Shown one piece after another: positions 37,655-47,160 of a DNA stretch of 49,389 nucleotides. The notes beneath the pieces are model-generated. The model was given only the letters and a program-made list of their open reading frames with translations. It made no database searches and was not told the DNA's origin. Source of the stretch: a virus (taxonomy: Duplodnaviria > Caudoviricetes); IMG/VR virus record IMGVR_UViG_3300038674_000709, positions 1-49,389 of that record; one strand, given 5' to 3'. The position numbers and the translations under genes were made by a program. Positions within the stretch are counted from its first letter, which is position 1; each line of letters starts with the position of its first letter.

Positions 37655-38018
37655 GAACCGTCACCCCTTTCTTTTTCTCAAGAATCCGCTCGATCAGGCT
37701 GCGCGCCTTGTCGTACGACCACGAGCGGATTATGTCCCTGATCACCGGGTCGGCTGCCGACTGCACCGCCGCATCCAGAGCCAATCGCACGGCCTCGAAA
37801 CATTCGTCCCTGGTCAGCTTTCCGTCGGCATTCGAGCGCTTCCACCATTCGACATACTCAAGCTGGATTTTGTCCACGCCGATCCGCAGAGCTTCGAGCG
37901 CTTTTGCATAGCGCTCGTCATCCTCGTACCGGGCAAGAATCCTTGCCATGATCGCCGAGACAAGACCGCCAACGACCAGCACCGCAACTGCAATTACAAC
38001 ATTCAACACTGTTCCCAT
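37566..38018 (-). CDS. Holin-like membrane protein
   Basis: N-terminal TM helix followed by a helical soluble domain; GAAAGGA SD. Confidence 0.45.
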   Translation of the reverse strand: MGTVLNVVIAVAVLVVGGLVSAIMARILARYEDDERYAKALEALRIGVDKIQLEYVEWWKRSNADGKLTRDECFEAVRLALDAAVQSAADPVIRDIIRSWSYDKARSLIERILEKKKGVTVHVDVTAETAGSADSRNAVSAAEGPADGHK

Positions 38019-38059
38019 AACTTCATCCTTTCTGGTTACTATACTCTCCTTACAAGGAG

Positions 38060-38168
38060 TTATTTTCCCTTACTGATTATATTATCTTGTACTGTACTGT
38101 TATGTAGTCCTGACAGTGTCCCGACGCTATCCGGAAGGCATCCGGAAGGCATCCGGACATCATCCGGA
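38060..38168. repeat. Iteron array plus AT-rich segment (putative phage origin)
   Basis: ATCCGGA at 38129, 38140, 38151, 38162 and degenerate GTCCYGA at 38107, 38118 (11-bp period), next to AT-rich 38060-38105. Confidence 0.7.
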
Positions 38169-38495
38169 AACACGTTCCAGCCACCCGATTTTGGGATCGC
38201 AAAGAACAACAAATGCCAGCGCAAAGATCGCTTCCGGAAAGCCCGTCATGACCGCCAGATCGTCCGCATCGAGCGGGCCGTCTTCATCGGCCAAAAGTCC
38301 CCGAACCGGCATTTTGGAAGCGATCTCCACAATCAGCACCCATGCGCAAAACAATTCGACCGCACGTTCGTGCGCTGCAACGCGCCGATACCCTTTTCCG
38401 TCCATCTTGTTCGGCAGCGCCACCCATCGGGGATTGGTGCATTTACGCATATCCGCCTTTTCAAAGTGCATTGCATAATCTTTGACCTGATACAT
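38060..38495 (-). pseudogene. Replication initiator (lambda O/replisome-organiser-like), apparently frameshifted at 38168-38170
   Basis: wHTH-like N-terminus; removing one base gives ...PDDVRMPSG...LHNSTVQDNII to TAA 38060-38062; contains iterons. Confidence 0.55.
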
Positions 38496-39338
38496 CTATT
38501 CCGTCCAGAACCGGGTATTTTCGACTACGGCAAGAACCGCCGGTTTTGTTGCTCCCGCCTGATACCACTGGCGGACGTCTTTGTGACGAGGCGGCTTAAT
38601 CACTCTGACGCTGCGTACAAACGGCGATACGGCTTTGGCCAGCAACAGGGCCCCCTCTTGCCCAGGACGCCACAGAGAGCCGTCTGGACGCTTCTTGGGC
38701 TCGTCTTTATCGGCCATGATGATTACATGCCGTCGCCGCACACTGAGGAACTTCAGGATGGCTTCTGTTCCCGCCGAACACGAAGGTCTTCCTATGGCAC
38801 TGAAACCCAGGTCCAGCATCGCCGCACAGTCGCTTTCACCTTCGCAGATGTAAAGATCATCATCTGATTTGCATGACACGCAAATCGGCCAATAAATGCC
38901 AAGCTGCGATCCCGGCACGCAAAACTTGCCGCCCTTTGGCGCGCGCAGTTTGACACCGATCACCCGGTCCAGCCCGTTGCGCATGGGAAAGGTGTAATTA
39001 ACTCCATCATACCCGATTTCCAATTCGCGCAGCGCCGCCGGTGAAACGCCAAGCTGCCCTGCAAGTCTTCGGCAAAGCGCATCCGTACATCGGAGTTTGT
39101 ACCGGTTCATCAATGCGTACATATCAGCCGGAGATTTTTTCTTCGGTTCCGGCTTAGGCAGCGGCTTTATCAGGGGCGCACTTAACCGGTGAAGCCATCC
39201 GCCGTTTTTGGTTTTAACTGCCGATTCCACCCGCATACAGATCGCCATCCTGCCATCGGCGGTCATGCCACACCAATCCGGATGATCGCATACCGGACAA
39301 CGGTTGTTCTTTGAGACGCGGATCATGCTAATCCTCAA
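38496..39338 (-). CDS. DNA primase (zinc-binding + TOPRIM)
   Basis: CPVCDHPDWC; ICEGESD; ADKD; KDVRQW. Confidence 0.85.
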   Translation of the reverse strand: MRISMIRVSKNNRCPVCDHPDWCGMTADGRMAICMRVESAVKTKNGGWLHRLSAPLIKPLPKPEPKKKSPADMYALMNRYKLRCTDALCRRLAGQLGVSPAALRELEIGYDGVNYTFPMRNGLDRVIGVKLRAPKGGKFCVPGSQLGIYWPICVSCKSDDDLYICEGESDCAAMLDLGFSAIGRPSCSAGTEAILKFLSVRRRHVIIMADKDEPKKRPDGSLWRPGQEGALLLAKAVSPFVRSVRVIKPPRHKDVRQWYQAGATKPAVLAVVENTRFWTE

Positions 39339-40113
39339 ACATCATCATGCACTGGTTATCGTCGGCTCTAATCGCTTTTCGATCACGATCAAGCCACCAT
39401 TCCCAATATTCCTGCGGGGTGCTGAACTTGAATCTTTTACTTGAATCCGGCTTATAAGTGGCTTTAATGGCTTTTTCCCATGCCTGTGCAAGTCGCGGCC
39501 AGCGTTGCATTTCTCGCGCAATACTCAGGCTGTCTTTCTTCATAGGACACAAAACACAGCCAAGCCGCTTGAATCCTTCGTCATAAAGTCTGCAATACGA
39601 AAGCCGATTTTTCCTGATGAAATTCCAAACATCATGCTCCGTCCAGTCGATAATGGGATGCAGCATCCAGGTTCGTTTTCGTCTGAATTGCGCCTCGAAC
39701 ATCCGCCTCTTTGCTCTTCGGTTGCTCTCCGCCCAACGCACCCCGGTGATTATTATTCGACCTGCCCCGTTCCCTTCTTTCAGGACTTCACAGCAGAACC
39801 GGGCATTTCGGCGTGGAGGCATTCCTTTCTTGCGAATAAGCTGCCACATTGTCATTTTGGGCTTTTCGATCCGTATTTCAGGGTGCGTCCGTACAAAATA
39901 CACAAGCTCCGGCGGATCGCACGTCGTAAGATAGTGATGTGCTGTAAACTTAATTCCGGCTCTTTTTGCAAGTTCCAGAATTACCACCGAATCCTTGCCT
40001 CCGGAAAATGACAGATGGTATCCATTCTCACACAAATTAAGCGCTGCATTTTCAAACTCCCTCATGCGTCCTATCGCTCTGTCTTCAAGTTGTCCAAAAA
40101 GCGTATTGCTCAC
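39328..40113 (-). CDS. Phosphoadenosine phosphosulfate (PAPS) reductase-family protein
   Basis: SFSGGKDS PP-loop, RFCC..LK, GVRWAES, RLGCVLCP. Confidence 0.9.
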   Translation of the reverse strand: MSNTLFGQLEDRAIGRMREFENAALNLCENGYHLSFSGGKDSVVILELAKRAGIKFTAHHYLTTCDPPELVYFVRTHPEIRIEKPKMTMWQLIRKKGMPPRRNARFCCEVLKEGNGAGRIIITGVRWAESNRRAKRRMFEAQFRRKRTWMLHPIIDWTEHDVWNFIRKNRLSYCRLYDEGFKRLGCVLCPMKKDSLSIAREMQRWPRLAQAWEKAIKATYKPDSSKRFKFSTPQEYWEWWLDRDRKAIRADDNQCMMMFED

Positions 40114-41825
40114 GCACCCTCCTTCAACAGCATGTCCAGATTGTTTGGCTTTCGCCAGCCGTTCTTCTGGAACGCCGTAATCACTTTGCCGGCGGCTTCA
40201 AACGAGATCTAGTCAGGGTCAATCCCGCGTTTGCGCAGGAATGAAGCCTGTTTTAAGCTGCATTTTCTCTCACGAATCCGCTGAAAGGTCGCATCCAGAA
40301 GCTGATTGGCATGGGAAAACGACAGATACGCATTGCCGTCTTCACTTTGAACAGGGCCGGAGGGGTCTATCCCGAATTTTCGCAGCGTCTCAATTTGCTT
40401 ATGTGTGGCGGGTTTGCCCTTGTGCCAGGCCGGTTCGCGGCCCGGCTCGATATCAAAAACATCAAATGGGTTAATCGCTGCCGTTGAATACTGAGCCCGA
40501 ATGCGGATACGTTCCCGAATAGCCGCCTCGTCTTTTCGGGACCGCTCTTTTTTGATCTCCCGTTCGGCTTTGGCAAGTTCGGTCAGCACATCGGCGGGCT
40601 TTCCTGTTTTTTCCAGGTTTTTTTTCGCCCTGGTCACAATATCGTCATCGTAATTGCCGCCGAGAATGTCGGCGGCATGGATCAGCTTGTGTTTGCCCGA
40701 ATTACCGACAAAGTCAATGATTTCAACGCGTGGCTTTTGGGAATACCCGATCAGCCGTTTTCGTCCTTCTGCATCATCGTCGCCCAACTTGCCCAGTTTA
40801 TGCGCAATTGCCGCTGCCGGGCGCGTGCCGCGACCTGCCATCTGCGTGTAAAGACAGCGGCTTTTGGTCGGGCGTGCCATAACAACAACTTCCACATCCG
40901 GATCGTCAAAGCCTTCGGTTGCTACCCCGACGTTGACCAGATACTGAAATTTGCGTTCGGCGTAATCGGAAAACATCTTGCGGCGGATTTCTTTGGGTGT
41001 TCCGCCATGAACAAATTTGGCCGCATTGGATTTGTACCGGTTGATTATCTCTGCCAGCCGTTCGGCCTGGGCAACGGAAGCGGCAAAAATCAACGTCTTT
41101 CGGTCTTTGCACAATTCCACCGTTGGATGTGTAATCGCGTGCAGATTCTCTTCAAATTCAAGGACTTCGGCCAACTCGCGTCCGTTGAGATCACCGGCTG
41201 TCGTTTTAATCCCGGACAGATCGAGGTCTTTGACATAAACAGCTTGCTGAGTGATCGGCACAAGCCAGCCGTCGCTAATGCCGTCACGTATATCATACTC
41301 AAACGCAATCGAATGGAAGACTTTGCCAAGCGCCTCTTCGTCCATCCGATCCGGGGTTGCGGTCACGCCTAAAATCTTCAGCTTCGGATTTTGTTTAAAA
41401 TAATCAATAACCCGTCTATAGCTTGCCGCAGTCGCATGGTGCGCTTCGTCAATGATCAGGAGGGAGAATTCATCGGGTTTGAAATCTTCCATTCGGCCCA
41501 ATTCGCTGCGGCCTGCGTTAAGGGTCTGCACGCTTGATACGACGATCTCACTCTTAAAATATCCCCGGTGTGCCCAGCTTTGGCCCATCTCCACATCCGC
41601 ATGAACCCCTGTCACGGCGGCCATCTTGTCGCGGCCCTGATAGATCAATTCTTCGCGATGCGCAACCATCATAGCTCTTCCGTGAGGAAGAAAGTCTTTT
41701 GTCACATGAGAAAAATAGACCGTTTTGCCAAGTCCGGTCGCCATCACCGTCAGGACCGATGAATGCTTCAAAAATTCTTCATGTGTGCGATGAACCGCTT
41801 CGCGCTGATAGGGTCGAAGTTCCAC
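40110..41825 (-). CDS. DEAD/DEAH-box helicase with premature TAG at 40209-40211
   Basis: ATGLGKT, DEAHH, TATP, QMAGRGTR; the frame continues past TAG as ISFEAAGKVITAFQKNGWRKP to a TGA coupled to the next GTG. Confidence 0.85.
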
Positions 41826-41828
41826 TTT

Positions 41829-42047
41829 TCAGCCTCCTGTCGATTTGTCCGATGATTTTGCAACAGTGGCCTCTTTCAGCGCTTTGCGGCAGGTTTTGCA
41901 AATCCTGTTGGGGCGTTCGGTTGACTCGCCTCCGGTGCCTACCATCAACCCGCACCCTAATTGAATCACCCCATTGCCGCATCCGAATACCACATGCCCG
42001 ATTCCGTTTGTAATCTGCCAAAATTTAACATCCGCAAGGTCTGCCAT
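41829..42047 (-). CDS. Hypothetical Cys-rich small protein
   Basis: 72 aa, GAGGG SD, CxxC. Confidence 0.55.
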   Translation of the reverse strand: MADLADVKFWQITNGIGHVVFGCGNGVIQLGCGLMVGTGGESTERPNRICKTCRKALKEATVAKSSDKSTGG

Positions 42048-42055
42048 TTCACCCT

Positions 42056-42940
42056 CTATTTCAATTCCTGGGGGGCCGCTTTGTAGGATTCTTCATTCAG
42101 AAACCCCGCTCCCTTGCAGCCGCTGCATTTGTCACTGTCTTGACCGCCACAATACGGACAGACCGCATACGGCACTGCAAAACGAAACTGGCGACGCATA
42201 TTTGCAAGCGCAATTTCAAAAGGATTCCAGCGAAACCAGGACCATAAGTCGCTGTTTGCAGTAATAGCCTCTTTGACTTCGGATTTGATGCGGTCAATGC
42301 GGTTGAGATACTCTTTGATTTCCCCTGCACGCAAGAAAACGGCGGCCAGATGGTCCGGTACTGTCTGATTGGCAGCATCCCTCACGGGTGCGGTTTCCCT
42401 GACAGGCTCAGAGGTGGTTTCCGGCGCAGTGCCGTCATGCGTTTTGATTGCGGACTGCGCTCGTCTGATACGTGACGTTTCGCCACCTATCGGAGTTTGA
42501 AGCTCCGGAATATCTGTCCGCAGTTGCCGATAATACCGCTGGCTCATGCCGGTCATTTTCGCTTTTTCCAAATCGGGCAAGAGCTTCCATTCTTCATCCT
42601 GCTCCACCACACGGACGCTGTTGATTTTTGCCGCCTTATCCCGACGAAGGCCGTGACATTCATTAGCCGACAGGGACAGCCGGATTGCATCACGTACCGT
42701 TCCATGTGTGACTTTGACGGATAAAGCCTTTAATCCGATCTCTTTAGCGGCAAAAAACCTGTGAAACCCGTCCCATAGCCAGTAAGTCATTCCGTCAAAT
42801 ACCGCTTCAATCGGCGGAAACTTCACCCCTTCGCGCATAAGGTCGGCATACGACCGCTGTGTCTCAATGCACAATGTGCGCTGCTGTGTCTTGCCATCAA
42901 TTCTGATAAGAGATAATGGGATTTCAATCATCTTTTTCAT
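42056..42940 (-). CDS. ParB/Srx-like N-terminal domain protein with C-terminal zinc finger
   Basis: FPPI...DGFHR...AN..HG; CPYC...CSGCKG. Confidence 0.8.
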   Translation of the reverse strand: MKKMIEIPLSLIRIDGKTQQRTLCIETQRSYADLMREGVKFPPIEAVFDGMTYWLWDGFHRFFAAKEIGLKALSVKVTHGTVRDAIRLSLSANECHGLRRDKAAKINSVRVVEQDEEWKLLPDLEKAKMTGMSQRYYRQLRTDIPELQTPIGGETSRIRRAQSAIKTHDGTAPETTSEPVRETAPVRDAANQTVPDHLAAVFLRAGEIKEYLNRIDRIKSEVKEAITANSDLWSWFRWNPFEIALANMRRQFRFAVPYAVCPYCGGQDSDKCSGCKGAGFLNEESYKAAPQELK

Positions 42941-42955
42941 TGTCCTGATCCTTTG

Positions 42956-43420
42956 CTAAACTGTGATGACACGGTTGATATAGAGACGGCGCCCGTATTC
43001 AGCAATCAGAATGGCATCCGCCTTGCCGTGCGTAATCTTCTCATCCGGAAAAAGCTGCTGGGCCTTGCTTTTCGTTACGTTCTTGTTGCCCTTTGACGCA
43101 CAATCCATATTCTTCTGCCATGTATGCGGGCTGATTTCCTGAAACGGAATTTTCAGCGCCGTCAGAACGCCTCTGATAAATCCGAACCCGTTTCCGAATT
43201 TGAACGTGCTGGAAACACCCTGTTTGGGCATGGCATGTACTTTTTCCAGGTATGCCATCCTGATCTGCGGCGCAAATTCGGCAACTGCATCTGCAATATC
43301 ACGTTCGGTATTCCTGCTGAATTCGATAATCTGTATTACTGCGCCGCTCAGGGTCATTACACACGCTGCTCCGTTGGCCCCCGGATCGATCCCAAGCACA
43401 AAAGTCTGTAACACATCCAT
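42956..43420 (-). CDS. RuvC-like Holliday junction resolvase
   Basis: LGIDPG, YLEKV, 'STFKFG', ADAILIA. Confidence 0.85.
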   Translation of the reverse strand: MDVLQTFVLGIDPGANGAACVMTLSGAVIQIIEFSRNTERDIADAVAEFAPQIRMAYLEKVHAMPKQGVSSTFKFGNGFGFIRGVLTALKIPFQEISPHTWQKNMDCASKGNKNVTKSKAQQLFPDEKITHGKADAILIAEYGRRLYINRVITV

Positions 43421-43433
43421 ACAATCTCATCCG

Positions 43434-43616
43434 TCATTCTGCATTTTGATCAAACACATCCATCAAATATTCAGCGATCTCTTTTGGATCGCGTTTGCTC
43501 TCGAATCCGCGGCGACAGGCCCGCTCAATCAGCGCGCCTGTGAACAACGGGATTCGGCGCGGCAGCCATGCACGCACTTTTTCCCTGTAAATTCCGTACT
43601 CGTCAGATGAACCCAC
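43434..43616 (-). CDS. Hypothetical protein
   Basis: 60 aa, GAGG SD with GTG start, packed in the operon. Confidence 0.5.
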   Translation of the reverse strand: MGSSDEYGIYREKVRAWLPRRIPLFTGALIERACRRGFESKRDPKEIAEYLMDVFDQNAE

Positions 43617-43618
43617 TG

Positions 43619-44767
43619 TTAATCCTCACCGCTGTCCTGCTCAGTTTCTGTGTCCGAAGATACGTCTATCATTGCGGCTGATTGTTTTCGCCGTGATTTT
43701 GTCGGGCTGTTAACGCCCATTGTTTCGATCATTTCGCAGGTAAATCGCGCGGCCGGAGGCTTTCTGTCATAGGTGCAAACACTGCCGCAAATCGGCCCTT
43801 TGGCTTTTACCCAGGCCGTGGCTGCTTTTTTGCGCCGGGAGACGCTGGCAAGATCATAAGCCAGTTTATCAATGAACAGACGCGGACCATCGGCAATTTC
43901 GGCAGCCGCCAGATGGCGCATCCGACAGAAATACACCATGTCGCATTGAGAGCATTTGGTTTCGGTCGGCCAGCACTCCTGCGAATTGTTCAGAAACAGC
44001 CGTGCCGCTTGTTCGATCCGGTTTTCAAATGCCATCATGTGAGTCAAATGCGGCGTTCGCGGATGTTCGCTGCTGCGGCTGTATCTGGCGTATGCGCGTG
44101 TTCCATAGCGGCACTCCTGATACCACCAATGGATCGTCTCGACCTGGGCGTAACAGTCCTGCTTCCACAGCACGCATGCGCCGCACTGGCCTTGAAATGA
44201 ATCGGCGGCCTCGGAATTGGTCCGTTGTTTATACCCGCTCTTCCAATCCCATACGTGAAGGCTTTGATTGATACCCTGAGCAAGCAGGTCAATCCGCATG
44301 GCAACGATAACGGCAGGTCTGGATGCTGTTTGCGGGAACAATTCAAAGGACAACTGGATTTCAGTGCCGATGACGCGAACGTGCAGGTCAGCAAGTTGAT
44401 CGGCGATGTAGCGCCCCGCACGAATCGCGTCCGGCTGTAAGTCCGGACGGATCTTCGGCATGTTCTCCGTGATCCAATCCGGTATCAATTCCAGATTACC
44501 GCCGCACTCTTTGAAAGCGGCATCAACAATATCATGAATGACAATCCCGGTCTGGCAAAGTTCGTTACTTGTTCCGCATTCCGCCAGAGCCTCCATCTGT
44601 TCAACGATGGCAGGCTCTGCATCTGCGATACGCTCTTTCTCCCACGCAAACACCGTCTGCCCGGCAGTCTGAGCTTTTAACGCGCTAAACAGCATGGAAA
44701 GATACCCCTGCTGAGGACAGGCGGCATACTTTTCGAGAAAACTGCGATCCAGGACAATCGGTTCCAT
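43619..44767 (-). CDS. PD-(D/E)xK exonuclease (RecE/AddB-like)
   Basis: CP..., G..IH, E, RIDL, DWKSG, Q, CSQC...C. Start ATG 44767 coupled by TGATG. Confidence 0.75.
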   Translation of the reverse strand: MEPIVLDRSFLEKYAACPQQGYLSMLFSALKAQTAGQTVFAWEKERIADAEPAIVEQMEALAECGTSNELCQTGIVIHDIVDAAFKECGGNLELIPDWITENMPKIRPDLQPDAIRAGRYIADQLADLHVRVIGTEIQLSFELFPQTASRPAVIVAMRIDLLAQGINQSLHVWDWKSGYKQRTNSEAADSFQGQCGACVLWKQDCYAQVETIHWWYQECRYGTRAYARYSRSSEHPRTPHLTHMMAFENRIEQAARLFLNNSQECWPTETKCSQCDMVYFCRMRHLAAAEIADGPRLFIDKLAYDLASVSRRKKAATAWVKAKGPICGSVCTYDRKPPAARFTCEMIETMGVNSPTKSRRKQSAAMIDVSSDTETEQDSGED

Positions 44768-45606
44768 CAGTCGCCTCCCGCCATGAGACTGTCCAGATAC
44801 GTCTTGCACTTTTGGACCATCGGCATCGTCCATTTCTCCTGCTTATCCACATCGGATTCATTGCAGGCTAATCCCAATGCCGCCATCTCCTTAAAATGAG
44901 TTGCCGAAACCGCATCCGCCGGGTCCAATCGCATCCACTCACAAAATGCGTTGTACAACCCTTTCAGAGACACCTTGACCAGATTGGCATCAGAGACCGG
45001 GTTAACAGACGGCAGCGCCCCCGGGCCCGCCCGGTCCGTTACCGGTTGCTCGGCAGGCGCCGGGTGTTGTCTGCGTTGTTAGCGCGGCGGCGTGTCGCAT
45101 GTGGGCTGCGGCAGCATGTCATCTTCTTCGATCTCCTGAGTGATATGAATGCCCTGCATGACTTCAGGCCACCCGTCACGCAAGCCGAATCCGAGCGCCC
45201 TGTACCGCTTCATACGCGTTTCATATTCGCGCCAAGGCCCTGACTTACCGATCAGATTCGCTTTTTTGGCGTCTTCATGAGAAAACTGCCGTTCAATCGG
45301 TTTGGCTTGATCTTTCCGTTTTCCCTTAAAATAAGCCGTTCCGTTCTCAAACCATTCCTCGATGTACTCGCAAAGACCGCTTTTACGTACCAACCCCAGC
45401 GCCAAATCACCATCGACGGTAGGCGTGGTTCCTTTGTAGGTGATCCCTTTCAGAGAGGCCATCGGCCCGATCCCAAGCTCGTCGCCATACTGAATGATGC
45501 AAAGAATCTGCTCGACCGTCAGCTTCTTGTCTCTTGTCGCTCGTATGCCTGCTTTTGCCGCACATTCGGCAAAACTCAGCATGTCCTGATACGTGCTGAA
45601 TTTCAT
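44767..45606 (-). CDS. RecT-like single-strand annealing protein with internal TAA at 45079-45081
   Basis: 'IQYGDELGIGPM', 'DAKKANL..K.GPW..Y..RM..YRA'; the frame continues after TAA into the 44767-44973 ORF. Confidence 0.7.
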
Positions 45607-46640
45607 AACCTGCTCTCCATGAAAATCTGTACCAAAAGTTCTCTGAATGCTTTTTCTGCGGTCTGCTGCACTATTCCGTTGCCTGTAAGTCGAAGGCGGT
45701 CCACCCGACAGGCCATCCCATGAGTTGTTCGACCCAGTCCGGGTTCAATTGTCCGCGGCTTTTCCCAGTCAAATTGCTCGCATCCGGGTCGTGCCGGCCA
45801 TCTTCCACAACCGCGCACAGATAATGCTTCTTCTTCATTGTTAGCTGACTCCTGCTTCCTTTTGGGCCGGTCCCCTTCCATTCGCTGCTGCGTGGTGTGG
45901 GCCAGTTGACCATATCGATCAGGGATTCGCCCGTATGCGCTCCCCGTCTTTTTTTCTGAATGTAGGTCTCCGATGTCCCCCGCGTTGCATCGCAGGTATT
46001 CGGGGTCGCCCAGTTGCCCTGATCTCGCAATTTGTAATGGCCGTTCTTCCCCTGGGCATTGAGGTTGTCCATAAATCCGCCCTCGCCATCGCTGGAATTG
46101 GGCGTTCTCCAGGCCGAGAATGAAGACCCGCTGGCGTTTATGCGGAGCGCCGATTTCCTCCGCCGAATACAATCCCCACGACGCTGTGTAACCTCTCTCT
46201 TCCAAATCTCTGAGGACATACAGCAGTACCGGCGTTCCGTCGAGACATTTTGTGGTAATGATGCCCGGCACGTTTTCAAGGAAAACAAGGGCAGGTCGGC
46301 ACAATCGAATGCCGCCTGCAATGAACGGCCACAGGTGTCTTGGATCAGTCGTTGCAAGGCCCTTTCCAGCACAACTGAACGGCTGGCAAGGAAAGCCCGC
46401 TGTGAGGACATCATAACATCCGTGAGCCTGCCGATAAGGGAAGGTTTTAACATCCGGCCACACAGCGTCGAGAGCCAGCCGACCCGTTTGAGCCTTTTCA
46501 ACCAGATTTGCGATGGCGTAGGCTTCGATCTCCACAGCACAGATTCGGCAAGGAGTTCGGAGAGCTTTTTCAACGGCTCTGTCGAGCATCGCTGATCCGG
46601 TTGCCAGTGACAGTATTCGGAGGTAATCGGCACGATCCAC
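45603..46640 (-). CDS. C5-cytosine DNA methyltransferase (alpha chain)
   Basis: AGFPCQPFS, ENV, HKRQRVF, 'RLRLTGNG'; motif I degenerate (SLATGSAM). Start GTG 46640. Confidence 0.85.
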   Translation of the reverse strand: MDRADYLRILSLATGSAMLDRAVEKALRTPCRICAVEIEAYAIANLVEKAQTGRLALDAVWPDVKTFPYRQAHGCYDVLTAGFPCQPFSCAGKGLATTDPRHLWPFIAGGIRLCRPALVFLENVPGIITTKCLDGTPVLLYVLRDLEERGYTASWGLYSAEEIGAPHKRQRVFILGLENAQFQRWRGRIYGQPQCPGEERPLQIARSGQLGDPEYLRCNAGDIGDLHSEKKTGSAYGRIPDRYGQLAHTTQQRMEGDRPKRKQESANNEEEALSVRGCGRWPARPGCEQFDWEKPRTIEPGLGRTTHGMACRVDRLRLTGNGIVQQTAEKAFRELLVQIFMESRL

Positions 46641-46642
46641 AC
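45671..46642 (-). CDS. Overprinted MTase partner (beta chain) in an alternative frame
   Basis: 323 aa with W(R/A/P)TP repeats and C-terminal LNPDWVEQLMGWPVGWT (motif IX-like). Confidence 0.7.
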   Translation of the reverse strand: MWIVPITSEYCHWQPDQRCSTEPLKKLSELLAESVLWRSKPTPSQIWLKRLKRVGWLSTLCGRMLKPSLIGRLTDVMMSSQRAFLASRSVVLERALQRLIQDTCGRSLQAAFDCADLPLFSLKTCRASLPQNVSTERRYCCMSSEIWKREVTQRRGDCIRRRKSALRINASGSSFSAWRTPNSSDGEGGFMDNLNAQGKNGHYKLRDQGNWATPNTCDATRGTSETYIQKKRRGAHTGESLIDMVNWPTPRSSEWKGTGPKGSRSQLTMKKKHYLCAVVEDGRHDPDASNLTGKSRGQLNPDWVEQLMGWPVGWTAFDLQATE

Positions 46643-46650
46643 GATGGTTC

Positions 46651-46902
46651 CTATTTCTCGTAGAGCGGCTCACTGTTTTTCCGGCAGCGGTTGACAATTT
46701 CGACCAGTTGCTGGTAGGAGTATTTTTTCCGACCGCCCACAAGGACCGGTTGGAGTCCGTGATTGGCGCAGATCTTCGCTACATTGCGGTAAAATTCCTC
46801 CCTGGTGATATTCAGCGCTTTGGCCGCCTGCTGCGGATCAACCAAAAGCGGAGTTAACTTATGATCATCTATGATTTTTGGAGTTGACATTTCGTTTCTC
46901 AT
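46651..46902 (-). CDS. Excisionase-like HTH protein
   Basis: 'LVDPQQAAKALNITREEFY...VGGRKKY' wHTH pattern. Confidence 0.6.
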   Translation of the reverse strand: MRNEMSTPKIIDDHKLTPLLVDPQQAAKALNITREEFYRNVAKICANHGLQPVLVGGRKKYSYQQLVEIVNRCRKNSEPLYEK

Positions 46903-47138
46903 CGCTTATCCTGTCTTGTCAATGATGTTAGGATGTCACTTATCTGCCGGGTAGAATTGAGACTGTTTTTGATATTGGCCGTCTCATAAGCTGCATAGCC
47001 CAATTCGATCAGAGTACGGGCGGCCAAAGAACGGTTCGCCTTTCCCCCCAGAAGAGATTTGATGATGTCCAGTTTTTGGATGTGTGTATCTGTGAGCGAC
47101 AGCCCGATAACCATGATTTTATTTGCTTCGTTGCTCAT
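46899..47138 (-). CDS. Cro-like/ribbon-helix-helix regulator
   Basis: First gene divergent from the repressor; 'IGLSL...NRSLAARTLIE'. Confidence 0.55.
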   Translation of the reverse strand: MSNEANKIMVIGLSLTDTHIQKLDIIKSLLGGKANRSLAARTLIELGYAAYETANIKNSLNSTRQISDILTSLTRQDKR

Positions 47139-47160
47139 ACAATGGTGCCAGGAATAACTA

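Noticed and set aside
37428-38867. 479-aa plus-strand ORF
   Set aside because: Antisense across several coherent minus-strand genes and the iterons; no recognisable domain.
40209-40211. Stop-codon reassignment (TAG recoding) in this phage
   Set aside because: TAG is a normal terminator elsewhere (e.g. 19083, 38496), other breaks are TAA or indels, and no suppressor tRNA is present.
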